A stretch of 63,429 nt of DNA, counting the filler, from Octopus bimaculoides (taxonomy: Eukaryota), in NCBI RefSeq assembly GCF_001194135.2. It is 11 parts of 9 records of this genome, joined end to end, with 100 filler letters (N's around TTAATTAATTAA, not from the genome) between each part and the next. Parts side by side here need not be neighbours in the genome. Positions count along the whole stretch, not along the records: positions 47,032 to 55,539 come from NC_068983.1; positions 55,640 to 57,380 come from NW_026415659.1; positions 57,481 to 59,959 come from NC_068984.1; positions 60,060 to 62,073 come from NC_068987.1; positions 62,174 to 63,429 come from NC_068986.1; 6 more parts are not named here. The stretch is one strand, 5' to 3'. Numbering within the stretch: the first letter of the stretch is position 1; each line of letters starts with the position of its first letter. Positions 51,598-63,429 of this stretch are shown here, in pieces. The notes beneath the pieces are model-generated. The model was not told where the DNA came from. It searched no databases and worked only from the letters and a program-made list of their open reading frames with translations. The translations under genes were made by a program, and so were the position numbers.

Positions 51598-52264
51598 ACA
51601 TTTATAACTATATAAAGTTATTTATTAAATCAACTGGTCATGTTTTAAATGATAGGGTACTGCCACACACAATGCAAAAGATGAAAAAATAAATACAGGA
51701 GCCTGATTGGCTTCTATCAGTTTGTTCCAGTTGCCATTGAGACCTTAGATGTCCTTGGATCCTGCACTACCAATTTCCTCTGCAAAATCAGGATAAAAGT
51801 GATGTGAAGTGGAGTGGCTGCTGCACCAAGTGTTGCTGGCCATTCTCTGCAGCAACACCATTGCAGTCATGACTGCAGGGCACAGCTGAGCACACCATCT
51901 GTTCTGAGGTGTGTGACCCATTAACCCCCTTCCCTCCACTATATAATGTTGTCCTTAATACCTCTAAAAGATTAGATCCTTAAAACAGTCCCAGTCAACT
52001 CTGATTAGAGTTGACTGGGACTAAACAACAACAAACTGACAATAATAAAATTAAGCAATGTATTCACTAAATTACATTGTAAATAGATTAGTAATGAATA
52101 TTTTCTTCTTGCAGCACTAATTGGACAGGTTTATTGTCTGAGATATTTTGTTGCAATATTTCAGATTCACTTTTCCTTTGTACTTCTATTACATTTAATA
52201 AGTCATCAGAATATGATTAACATTTTATAAAAAGTTCTTTCAAAAATATAAAGCTGTTATTTAC

Positions 52265-52401
52265 CGGGATAGGAACCACCAAAAGATATCCATTTATTCT
52301 TTGTAAAACCAAATTGAGCAGAAATGTTCTGTCGGAAATATGCCAAATCAGCAAGTGCTTGCATACTGCTTAAATATTTAAGGTTTTCAGTGCTCATGTC
52401 T
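52265..52401 (-). CDS. Internal exon of the family S28 serine peptidase, carrying the catalytic Ser motif
   Basis: 137-bp exon, acceptor ATTATAG and donor GTAAAT. Encodes DMSTENLKYLSSMQALADLAYFRQNISAQFGFTKNKWISFGGSYP(G); YLSSxQALADLA and GGSYxG are diagnostic for S28. Confidence 0.96.
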
Positions 52402-52796
52402 CTATAATATGTAAATAGAATAAAAGTAATTATATTTCACAAATTTTGATTAATTTACAAAAATTCTTTACTCATATAATTTAACAGGTTCTTTTTAACT
52501 TCAAAATTATTCCCTATCTTCAAAATCAAGAACATCACAAATGTATTCCTTCTATCAATCTACTCCATATTTTAGCCATTTTAAATAAGACATGCCTAAA
52601 ATATTTTGAGTTCATAAAGTTATAACCAGATTAAATCAAATCATAATGCAATTTTGATCTTAAGAACACTATTTAAAAAATAAAGATATATAAAGACAGC
52701 AGATAGTTACAATCTGGAACTTTGAATCATCTACTGACAATGTCCATCTTTATATTAAATCAAAACACTTCAAATGAATGCTTATGGAATTTATAA

Positions 52797-52837
<41 letters not shown>

Positions 52838-52847
52838 NNNNNNNNNN

Positions 52848-52889
<42 letters not shown>

Positions 52890-54615
52890 TACTAGCAAAG
52901 ATACCCAGCCTTGCTCGGGATTAAAATAGTATAGATATTTTTATTGTCTTATTTGTTTCAGTCATGTGACTGCGGCCATGCTGGAGCAGCACCTTTGGTC
53001 AAAAAATATCAACCACAGGATTTATTTTGTAAGACCAAGTACTTATTGTATCAGTGTCTTTTGCTGAACCGCTAAGTTATGTAAATGCAGTAACATCGAT
53101 TGTCAAGCAATGGTGAGGGTACAAACACAGACATACACATATATACGACAGCCATCTTTCTACACACATATTTATGTATATATACACATACATATATAAT
53201 ACATATATATATATATATACACACATAAATATACATAGATATATATACATATATACAGTAAATGAAGTATAAGGATTTCGGTCCTCACCTCTGTAATATA
53301 TATATATAATATAAATAATAGATAAGTATATGCATATATACATACATATATGTACATACCTACATATACATGTATATATACATGCATATATGGGTACAGG
53401 ACATCAAAAAAACGTGAACAAAAAGAGAAATGAGAACATAGAAAAAACATAGCAAACAAACTTTTTTTCGAACAACAAAAGAAACAAATAGAGAAACAAG
53501 GGTGGACATTGGAATTAGACACTGAGGGAAAATGGCTGTAACTTTTTAATTTTTTAATTTTGGCGATTTTCGTTTTCGATAATGTGTTCTATATGTCACG
53601 GTCATGCGATTTTCATTTTTGACATTGTGTTCTACATGTCCAGGTCGTACGAATAGCCTTCTCGCAACTTAGATGTGAAAATGAACGGCTTACATTTATA
53701 TTGAAACAGTAAAAGGATCACATGTGGAGTCCCCACCACGAAACTTGATATGCTAGAAATAACAGCTAAACGCGGACAATCCAAATCTTGCATTGGTCCA
53801 GATGGACTATTTGTAATCTGAACCNNNNNNNNNNNNNNNNNNNNNNNNNNNNNNNNNNNNNNNNNNNNNNNNNNNNNNNNNNNNNNNNNNNNNNNNNNNN
53901 NNNNNNNNNNNNNNNNNNNNNNNNNNNNNNNNNNNNNNNNNNNNNNNNNNNNNNNNNNNNNNNNNNNNNNNNNNNNNNNNNNNNNNNNNNNNNNNNNNNN
54001 NNNNNNNNNNNNNNNNNNNNNNNNNNNNNNNNNNNNNNNNNNNNNNNNNNNNNNNNNNNNNNNNNNNNNNNNNNNNNNNNNNNNNNNNNNNNNNNNNNNN
54101 NNNNNNNNNNNNNNNNNNNNNNNNNNNNNNNNNNNNNNNNNNNNNNNNNNNNNNNNNNNNNNNNNNNNNNNNNNNNNNNNNNNNNNNNNNNNNNNNNNNN
54201 NNNNNNNNNNNNNNNNNNNNNNNNNNNNNNNNNNNNNNNNNNNNNNNNNNNNNNNNNNNNNNNNNNNNNNNNNNNNNNNNNNNNNNNNNNNNNNNNNNNN
54301 NNNNNNNNNNNNNNNNNNNNNNNNNNNNNNNNNNNNNNNNNNNNNNNNNNNNNNNNNNNNNNNNNNNNNNNNNNNNNNNNNNNNNNNNNNNNNNNNNNNN
54401 NNNNNNNNNNNNNNNNNNNNNNNNNNNNNNNNNNNNNNNNNNNNNNNNNNNNNNNNNNNNNNNNNNNNNNNNNNNNNNNNNNNNNNNNNNNNNNNNNNNN
54501 NNNNNNNNNNNNNNNNNNNNNNNNNNNNNNNNNNNNNNNNNNNNNNNNNNNNNNNNNNNNNNNNNNNNNNNNNNNNNNNNNNNNNNNNNNNNNNNNNNNN
54601 NNNNNNNNNNNNNNN

Positions 54616-54667
<52 letters not shown>

Positions 54668-55639
54668 TACATATATATATATATTATATATATATATACA
54701 AAGATATAGATATCTACATACATATAAAATATATATTTATATATGTTTGTATATGTATATATATATATATACAAACGTATATAAATACATATTGAAAGTA
54801 ATAGAAATGAAACTAATATATATAGAGATACATATTGAAAGTGATTGAAATTGAAACCATATTGTTACGAATGCCTGCACAAAGCACCTCAACGAAGAGA
54901 AAACTCGCGCGCGTGAACGCCGACGCTCAGTGGGTCAGGACGTTCGCCATTAAGCTCAGCCCGGCCGGAGCACGTAACGATGACAACAGAAAGGAAGAAA
55001 TAACACAGACCATACGTTGCGTAGTCAAACTAACTTTTTTTTTCAAAACAAAACAAAACATTCAATAACATAGTACTTGCTTTTGAAATAACACATGTAG
55101 CATTTAACAATAGTTTCCAAGCATTTAACATTACAAAGGCTTTCAATCATTACATAATCATAAAGTTTACAATCAAAGTTCGTGTATCAAGAGTCAATTA
55201 AAAGTTCGGCACTGTCATGCTATTAGCTGTCAGAAGTGAAAGTGCTCACTGCTAGTGAAGTATGTCTGTCTGCCTGTCTGCCTGCATGCCTGTTGCTGTG
55301 TCCGTCTGTCTGTCTGCCTGCTGGTTTGAGTTGATACTTTGGCTTACTTACTTACTGGTATCTATCTACTATCTATCTATCTATCTATCAATCACTCGTC
55401 CACCTTATTAGAAAACACAAATTTAATATAAAAACATATTTCCTGAAATTGCAAATTATTTAAAATATAAAAATATAATTTTCAACAGAGAGAATTTATC
55501 AAAATAGAAAACAAATGAAGTTTGAAGTTTAAAAATAATNNNNNNNNNNNNNNNNNNNNNNNNNNNNNNNNNNNNNNNNNNNNTTAATTAATTAANNNNN
55601 NNNNNNNNNNNNNNNNNNNNNNNNNNNNNNNNNNNNNNN

Positions 55640-55676
<37 letters not shown>

Positions 55677-56054
55677 GTGTGTGTATGTGTGTGTACAAAA
55701 TATATATGTATATCTATATGTATGTATATATTTATGTATATATGTATGTATGCATATATGTATGTGTATATATCTGTGTTTGTATATACGTATATATATA
55801 AATGCATATATATGTATATATAAATGGACTCACACACACACACACATACTCACATATTTGCATGTATGTACAAATGCGCAGACAGTCGCTCGCTTTTATA
55901 GAGGAAGACTTCAGAACAGAAAAATGGTTGTTTGTGTTTGGTAGGTTAAAGAACTTTTGTGTTCTAATGGGTGGAAAAATAGAATTATGAGAGTCGAAGA
56001 AACCATTTAAGTATGTAGATATATACATACATACAAACAAACATACATACATAA

Positions 56055-56172
56055 ATCCTAAAGGATGAAAGGAAGTCGACCTCGACGGAATTTGAACTCA
56101 GAACGTAAAGAGAGACGAAATACCGCTAAGCATTTCGCCCGGCGTGCTAACGTTTCTACCAGCTCGCCGCCA
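56055..56172 (-). mobile_element. SINE family B, 5' part
   Basis: Near-consensus match. Confidence 0.9.
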
Positions 56173-56602
56173 TTTAATGCAAACACATTTACACAAACAT
56201 ACACATATATATCACTTAATATGATATTATGCATACATACCTCTTCCCCCCCTCTCTCTCTCTCTCTATGTGTATATNNNNNNNNNNNNNNNNNNNNNNN
56301 NNNNNNNNNNNNNNNNNNNNNNNNNNNNNNNNNNNNNNNNNNNNNNNNNNNNNNNNNNNNNNNNNNNNNNNNNNNNNNNNNNNNNNNNNNNNNNNNNNNN
56401 NNNNNNNNNNNNNNNNNNNNNNNNNNNNNNNNNNNNNNNNNNNNNNNNNNNNNNNNNNNNNNNNNNNNNNNNNNNNNNNNNNNNNNNNNNNNNNNNNNNN
56501 NNNNNNNNNNNNNNNNNNNNNNNNNNNNNNNNNNNNNNNNNNNNNNNNNNNNNNNNNNNNNNNNNNNNNNNNNNNNNNNNNNNNNNNNNNNNNNNNNNNN
56601 NN

Positions 56603-56640
<38 letters not shown>

Positions 56641-57025
56641 CAGACGTACATGAGCCACGCACACACACACATGCATACGCACACATACATATACGCACAC
56701 CCACACACACACATACTCACATGTACACACAAACACACACATATACGCACACACGCAGACGTGTCTTCTGCCCCATCAAACTCCATCAAGGTGCACCCTT
56801 ATCAAATATGTACCTCGTTGCCCCAGAAAAAAAGGTGGGGGTGGGGGTGGGGGTAAATAAATTAAACAACAAAATAAGGGCAGCATTTCCTCCCTTTATC
56901 AATTTCCCTTGATACGCACACACACGTGTATATATATATGTATGTATATGTATACACCCACAAACAGATATAAGTATATGTCGACATATTTGTATACGCA
57001 TATACATATTTATAAATATATATAT

Positions 57026-57065
<40 letters not shown>

Positions 57066-57480
57066 ATGTATATGTATATATATGTGTGTATTTATATTAG
57101 TATGTATATATATGTATATATACATATATATGACATATGTGTATATATATATGTATATATATATATATGCGCATGAAAAGATGTGTGTGTGTGAATGTGT
57201 GTTTGAGTGAGTGTATATGAGTATTTATACTGTAAAAAACATGTATGTTCAGCCATTTTAAACATGAGGTATATATTTATTGACATATGTATGTTGAAGT
57301 CTGTATATTATCTAAGCATACACACTCATACAGACATACGTATACATATATGTGCATATATATATATATATATATATATANNNNNNNNNNNNNNNNNNNN
57401 NNNNNNNNNNNNNNNNNNNNNNNNTTAATTAATTAANNNNNNNNNNNNNNNNNNNNNNNNNNNNNNNNNNNNNNNNNNNN

Positions 57481-57512
<32 letters not shown>

Positions 57513-57801
57513 GTATGTATGTATGTATGTATTTATGTATGTATATATTTCAAGTTTCTAATGATGTCATCTTCCCTACTGTTCATGTCAGTAATTAACA
57601 TTTGGACTCCAATGTATGAAATTGCTCATTATCCTGTTTGTTTCATGATGAAAGAACAATAATTAATTTTCAGGGTCCTTATTATTCATCTTTGTCTAAG
57701 TATAAAGTTACTGATATTAAGTTTTATACACACACACACATGCACACACGCACACATATACATGTAGGTATACATATATATATATTCATATATATATATA
57801 T

Positions 57802-57832
<31 letters not shown>

Positions 57833-57875
57833 TATGTATTTATATACATACATATATATATATATATACATACAC

Positions 57876-57933
<58 letters not shown>

Positions 57934-57949
57934 TCTTTAATTCTTTTCT

Positions 57950-58150
57950 TCTTTTATTACTTTCAGTCATTTGACTGTAAACCATGCTGGAGCACTGCCT
58001 TTTAGTCAAACAAATTGACCCCAGGACTTATTCTTTGTAAGCCTAATTACTTATTCTATTGGTCTCTCTTGCCGAGCTACTAATTTACTGGGACGTAAAC
58101 ACACCAGCTTCTGTTGTCAAGTGATGGGGGAGGGACAAACACACACACAT

Positions 58151-58240
<90 letters not shown>

Positions 58241-58386
58241 GATGGGCTTCTTTCAGTTTCCGTCTACAAAATCTGCTCACAAGGCTTTGGTTGGCCTGAG
58301 GCTATAGTAGAAGACACTTGCCTAAAGTGCCATGCAGTGGGACTGAACCTGGAACCATGTAGTTGGTAAGCAAGCTACTTACCACA
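57950..58386 (-). mobile_element. Full-length SINE family A with a long internal (CA)n
   Basis: Similarity to the other copies. Confidence 0.92.
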
Positions 58387-58551
58387 TATAAATTTTTTTC
58401 TCTCTAAGTTTCAGTTGAAAGACTGCATCCATGCTGGGGCACTTCTGTTTATTTTGCTACACTTTATTTATATATATATGCATAAAAATGTATATACATA
58501 CAAATGTTCCCTGGCTTCCTTTTAATAACTGTGCTAATGTAAGCATATATA

Positions 58552-58853
58552 TTGGGTCATCCCATAAATAATGCAGTTTCTTATACTTCTTTTATTTTTT
58601 AAAATTAAGATAATTAAAATAAACAAAGTTCTTTCTAAATCTAGAATATACTCTCCTTCATTTTCTGCAATGCTCTTCCATCTATCTGGTAGACTTGCAA
58701 AGGCCTTCTTCCAAAACTCACTTGTCCATGATGAAAAATACTCCTCTAGTACTGTTCTGACTTCATCTACAGAGTTCATATTTTTCCCATCCAAATGATT
58801 TTGAAGACTATAGAATAAATGATAATCAGATGGGGCAATGTCTGGTGAATATG
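58552..58853 (-). mobile_element. 3' end fragment of the same mariner family as 49817-51401
   Basis: Same TIR at 58552; translation NSVDEVRTVLEEYFSSWTSEFWKKAFASLPDRWKSIAENEGEYI. Confidence 0.93.
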
Positions 58854-58869
58854 TATATATGTATACATT

Positions 58870-59095
58870 GATGTGTGTATGTCTTCATGTCTGTGTTGGT
58901 TCTCCTGTCACTGCTTGACAACTGGTGTTGGTATGTTTACATCCCAGGAACTTAGCAGTTCAGCAAAAGTGACCAATCAAATACGTACTAAAAATAATTA
59001 ATGAGTCCTGCAGTTGATTTTTCGACTAAAACCCTTCAAGGCAGTGCTCCAGCATGGCCACAATAAAACGACTGAAACAAATAAAAGAGTAAATG
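58870..59095 (+). mobile_element. SINE family A, 3' half
   Basis: CTTGACAACTGGTGTTGG...GCTCCAGCATGGCC...ACTGAAACAAATAAAAG. Confidence 0.85.
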
Positions 59096-59301
59096 AATTA
59101 AAGAAAACATTAATATTTTTCTTTTTTGTTTCGTCTCTCTCTCTCTCTTTTCTTTTTATAAGGTATTTGTGTGTGAGATGTCAGTGATGGTAAATTCAGA
59201 GATAATTGCATACAATGATGGCTGTGGTTGTCTGTTATCAGTCCCTATCTAACCAAATAAATACCACTTAATTACAGGCTGTAGTCAGCTAAGATACTTG
59301 C

Positions 59302-59333
59302 ATGTTCTACAGCTCGGATAATGGTAGCCATAG
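59302..59333 (+). CDS. Candidate first coding exon of an unidentified gene (exon 59278-59333)
   Basis: TTACAG acceptor, ATG at 59302 (MFYSSDNGSH), AG|GTTTGG donor; phase-compatible with 59603-59661. No homology recognised. Confidence 0.35.
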
Positions 59334-59354
59334 GTTTGGGTTGCAGTACGTGTG

Positions 59355-59391
<37 letters not shown>

Positions 59392-59602
59392 TGTGGGCGG
59401 TGTGTTTACAACGATGGGTAAGAGATGGACAGTGATTATATGATATGTCCTTGAAAAACAAGGGTGGGGGGAAACCCCAACAAAACAAAGTACACAAACC
59501 CTCAAATACAAAATCAATGACAAAAAAAAATCAACAAAGATAATGCAAAAAAAAACAACAACCCCAAAAAACAAAAGAAAAGGAAAATTATATGTTATAC
59601 AG

Positions 59603-59661
59603 CATGGACATGATCTGCTGGGATTCGGACAATGGCATTGAGGGCGATTCAATGGCAAAGG
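59603..59661 (+). CDS. Candidate exon of the unidentified gene
   Basis: TATACAG acceptor, (S)MDMICWDSDNGIEGDSMAK(G), AGG|GTAGCT donor; complex GC-richer sequence amid low-complexity DNA. Confidence 0.4.
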
Positions 59662-60062
59662 GTAGCTTTCTCTTTTGTTATTTTGATGGGTTTTTCTTGT
59701 ATATTTTCCTTTATCAAATGCTGTTGATGTTGTCATTGTTATTGATTGCAAATGGTTGTATTTTTACTTGTGTGTGTGTACGTGCGTGTGTTTGTTTGTT
59801 TGTTTGTGTGTGTGCATGTGCATATGTGTTAGGTAAAGTGTGTAGATTGAGGTTGTCTGAAAAAGAAGTTTCAGCTGTGCAGGATCTCATTTATTGTGAC
59901 AAAACCAAGGCTCAGTCTACACAGTGGAAGTGTGTATATATATATATATATATATATATNNNNNNNNNNNNNNNNNNNNNNNNNNNNNNNNNNNNNNNNN
60001 NNNTTAATTAATTAANNNNNNNNNNNNNNNNNNNNNNNNNNNNNNNNNNNNNNNNNNNNATA

Positions 60063-60093
<31 letters not shown>

Positions 60094-60524
60094 CGATATA
60101 TATATGCATGTATGTGTATGTGTGTGTTTATATATAATTACAATAATAATAATCGATTAACGAAACAGAACATGGATTTGGTGTAACTCTTTATTTTATA
60201 CGACGATCGTTTCGACCCATCCTGTGTCTGTCCTTTATGGGTGGAATGTTGTGTATCATAATGTACTGCATCAATTTTGCAGTCTGGGTCATAGCAAGTA
60301 CGTTCATACATATAGTAGTATCTCGCTAAAAATCCTGAGTTTGAGAGGCCTTGTTGTTATTTGCCCGCTTTGGTTATGGAATATGGCATTGCTACGATTG
60401 TCCTTACTCAACACATCAACACACTGATTGACATATACCCATTAGTTCAAAATATTTCACACGCACACGCACATACACAAATATGTGTGTGTATGTGTAT
60501 GTGTGTATGTATGTATGTATATAT

Positions 60525-61445
60525 GCAAAGAGTGTGGGAGAGAGGACGGATGTTTTTGAAAATTTCCGAAAATCATTAATTTTTGATGCAAAACAAATTT
60601 ATTGAATTAGAATTTGTGAAAATGACGTGTGGAAAACATCATCAATCATGTCGGTCCGTTTTCATTGATGCATTTCTGAAGGCGTTCTTGGAAGTTGGCC
60701 TCCACTCTCTCCAGTATTGCTATATCGATTTGGGCGACTTCTACGCGAATATCTTTTTTTCCAATCGTCCAATGTGACGGGGCTTATGTGCATACACACG
60801 TGCCTTGAGAAATAATCACACAGGGATAAATCAGAGCACCGAGCGGGACAAGGAATGTCAGCAAACCTGGAAATGAAGACAGGGAGAAAAAGTCCATTGA
60901 TGCTCTGGATTTGTGCGCCGTTGCCCCATACTGATGAAACCACACACGTCGAATAAGAATGAATTTTCCTCGTAATTCAGGCTCAAAGAAGTTGTTTATC
61001 AGCATTTCCATTATTGTCTTAAAAAAATTAAGGACCAATGACGACAGCTTTTCCAACAGGACACCAGGCCGTCACCTTTGTGTTGTGCAGTGGTCTTTCG
61101 TGCAGTTCTCTCGGGTTTTCAAGAGCCCAATAACGATAGTTCGGTTGGGTTCACCATGCCACTGAGGTGAAAATGAGCTGCATCAGTCATTAACAAGATG
61201 AGTTTGCCATATGCCTCAAAAAATTGCTTCCCTCTACGTGCGAAGTTAAGCCGCTGTGCGAAATCCCATTGTTTCAAGTGTTCCCAATGACCAATTTGTA
61301 CGGGTGGAAATCCTTGTTTTCAAGCAAAATACCACATACCGATCGATTACCAATGCCAAGTTCAGTGGATTGCCTCCGAGCAGAAAGATTCGGATTCCGT
61401 ATCAACGCTTGTCAGACGCGTTTCACATTTTTCGGGGGGTCCGTT
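60525..61445 (-). mobile_element. Decayed Tc1/mariner transposase, probably DD41D (rosa/VS-type)
   Basis: Minus-strand motifs LMTDAAHFHLSG, WFHQYGATAH and ISRFADIPCPARCSDLSLCDYF match SDEAHFHL / WFQQDGATAH / WPARSPDLxPCD. An indel prevents counting the D-D spacing. Confidence 0.82.
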
Positions 61446-62699
61446 TATATTTATATTTATATTTATATATATTATATATATATATATGTATATGTGTGTG
61501 TATATATGTGTGTGTCTGTGTCCTTACTATGCAAGCGTGTGTGTAGTTGTGAGTGTAAGAAATATGAAAGTAAAGACGTGACTGTAAACAGCAAGGGTGA
61601 AAAGCATAGTCTTATATTGAATTTCAAGTTTATGTGTCTGATATTCACGTCCCCAATCCCCAAACATTATGTATGTGTTGCTTAGAATGTACTTTTATGT
61701 AGTGTATAACACTGGAAACAGTGCAAGCTATTAGGCTCAGCTACGACCAACACTTGCACCCACCGACTAAATAAAAAAAAACTTGTCTGACATATTTCTG
61801 GAAATATGTTGGTATAACCAAACCTAGTTACGGTTTCATTGCGATTTGCCTCGAAGCAGGTAATAAGCATTATTTATCATGAAAAGAGATATAGCCAATA
61901 ATTATCTATAGCTTCTAAATATCATAATTTCACTAAATGGGCTTGTTGCTTCCCGTGCAAATAGCTACTTGCTGTTAGAAACGTTTAACTTTGTTCATTG
62001 CAAACAATTTCATTCCACATCAATGACCGAATAAAAGCTGTACTGCTAAGACGAGAATAATTGAATATATACANNNNNNNNNNNNNNNNNNNNNNNNNNN
62101 NNNNNNNNNNNNNNNNNTTAATTAATTAANNNNNNNNNNNNNNNNNNNNNNNNNNNNNNNNNNNNNNNNNNNNCAGTAATATTACATGTTCACCGGAGAA
62201 AAGCTTTCATTTGACATTCTCGCGCAGCTGCCACAATGCTAAATACATTTAACGTTGACCTATCAATTTGTACGTTAACGGATAGTGTTCTGACACACCG
62301 TCAATATCAAAAGCAGAGTAATTTTTATAATAACAAGCACAATGGACACAGTTCGCTATAGAACTTTATAAATTATACACTTGAAAAACGAATGTGAAAC
62401 CGGCAAAGTGTATTCCTATAATTTAGAATATAATTAAATTGAAATTAATTCGCAAATATATTCTTTGTACATATTTCAGCTTCATTTCTTCTATTTCTTC
62501 AGTTGTTTGGATTAATAACAGTTTACATCTATATATATATAAAGGGTGCGATGAATAAATTGCCGACTAAATTATGCAAAAATGAAAGTAACACTGGCAT
62601 CTCATTTTAATGGATATATTTACCAAAATTACATAAAAATATCTTGAAGAAAGTAAATTTATTCAATAAAATCAGCAGTAGTTTCAATCATGACCTCCA

Positions 62700-62778
62700 G
62701 GACACAACGCGTCGCCGGAAATCGAACTCACGACCGCACAATTGTGAGTCGAATGCTCTAACCACTAAGCCACGCGCT
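62700..62778 (-). mobile_element. SINE family D head
   Basis: Minus strand GCGCGTGGCTTAGTGGTTAGAGCATTCGACTC...GTGAGTTCGATTTCC. Confidence 0.8.
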
Positions 62779-63375
62779 ATATACACATACATACATGTCT
62801 ATATGCATTTATGTATGTATGATTAGATGCGTTCGACATGTGACAACATAGGTTTCGGTTCTTATTTTAAACTCCCACCGTCGCTCAGGTTGTCCGTATC
62901 TGATGGTGGACTATGACGTAGTACACAGAGCACAGCAACAGAAATTAGAGACAAACGGGAGAATAATATGGTACTCCTTTGTTCTCAGTGTTATATATGT
63001 TTCAGTGTTCGGCAACATATGACGTCAAAGAGCAGATGCAAGCAGTAAGTTCAGCTTATAGACCAACATGCAGGGCAACACATCGACAAACAATCGATAA
63101 AGAAATATGCTTCTACATTCACAAATCAATACAAATAAAACAAAACTATCTCCTCAGATTACCGGAATGTCATGGTTACACCGACGATTCAACACCAGTT
63201 TTATTGCACTCCACACATATACATATAGATGCATACATACATATATACCTACATACATATATATGTACAGAGAGAGCGAGAGAGAGAGAGTGAGAGATAG
63301 AGATAGAAAGATATACATGTACGTATGTACGTATATATGTAATAATATGAATTGGCATATATATACGTAGATATG

Positions 63376-63377
<2 letters not shown>

Positions 63378-63429
<52 letters not shown>
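63378..63429. repeat. (CA)n microsatellite at the window edge
   Basis: Direct reading. Confidence 0.97.

Noticed and set aside
54863-55070. Possible solo LTR starting TGTTACG
   Set aside because: No matching CA end with a TSD could be defined.
56834-56854. (GGGGGT)n G-quadruplex-like tract
   Set aside because: Only three full G-tracts; simple repeat with no contextual support.
60195-60230. GATCGTTTCGAC, a Penelope/hammerhead-like half motif
   Set aside because: No CUGANGA core on the relevant strand.
23861-62129. TTAATTAATTAA occurring ten times (23861, 28480, 35935, 39103, 44071, 46976, 55584, 57425, 60004, 62118)
   Set aside because: Always centred in a run of Ns (44 N + 12 + 44 N = 100 bp where counted) and carries stops in all six frames: a scaffolding spacer, not biology.
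834-63426. Long ORFs rich in YI, HT, CV or X in the ORF track
   Set aside because: Translations of (TA)n, (CA)n, (TG)n microsatellites and N-gaps.

Overview
AT-rich, repeat-saturated animal genomic DNA with many assembly gaps. It is most consistent with an octopus (coleoid cephalopod) draft genome, inferred from the SINE families, the extreme (TA)n/(CA)n density and the gap style; this was not verified by a search. The only confidently recognisable host coding sequence is two minus-strand exons (52265-52401, 47550-47645). They splice in frame to give the nucleophile-elbow region of a family S28 serine peptidase (PRSS16/PRCP/DPP7/K12H4.7-like). A second, unidentified plus-strand gene may start at 59302. 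The rest is at least five SINE families; decayed DNA transposons (two mariner families, a pogo/Tigger, a probable DD41D Tc1/mariner, a hAT/Charlie relic, several MITEs with TSDs); LINE remnants (RLE-type, Tx1/L1-like, RTE); and micro/minisatellites. Nearly all long ORFs in the supplied track are microsatellite or N-gap artefacts. The most interesting signals are a type I hammerhead-ribozyme fold embedded in its own inverted duplicate (26006-26118), a second hammerhead-like variant (6791-6826), and an unusual number of palindromes and short inverted duplications. These include a perfect 87-bp-arm palindrome inside the S28 intron and a mariner built from two left ends. SINE and TE boundaries were read by eye and are approximate unless a TSD is quoted.
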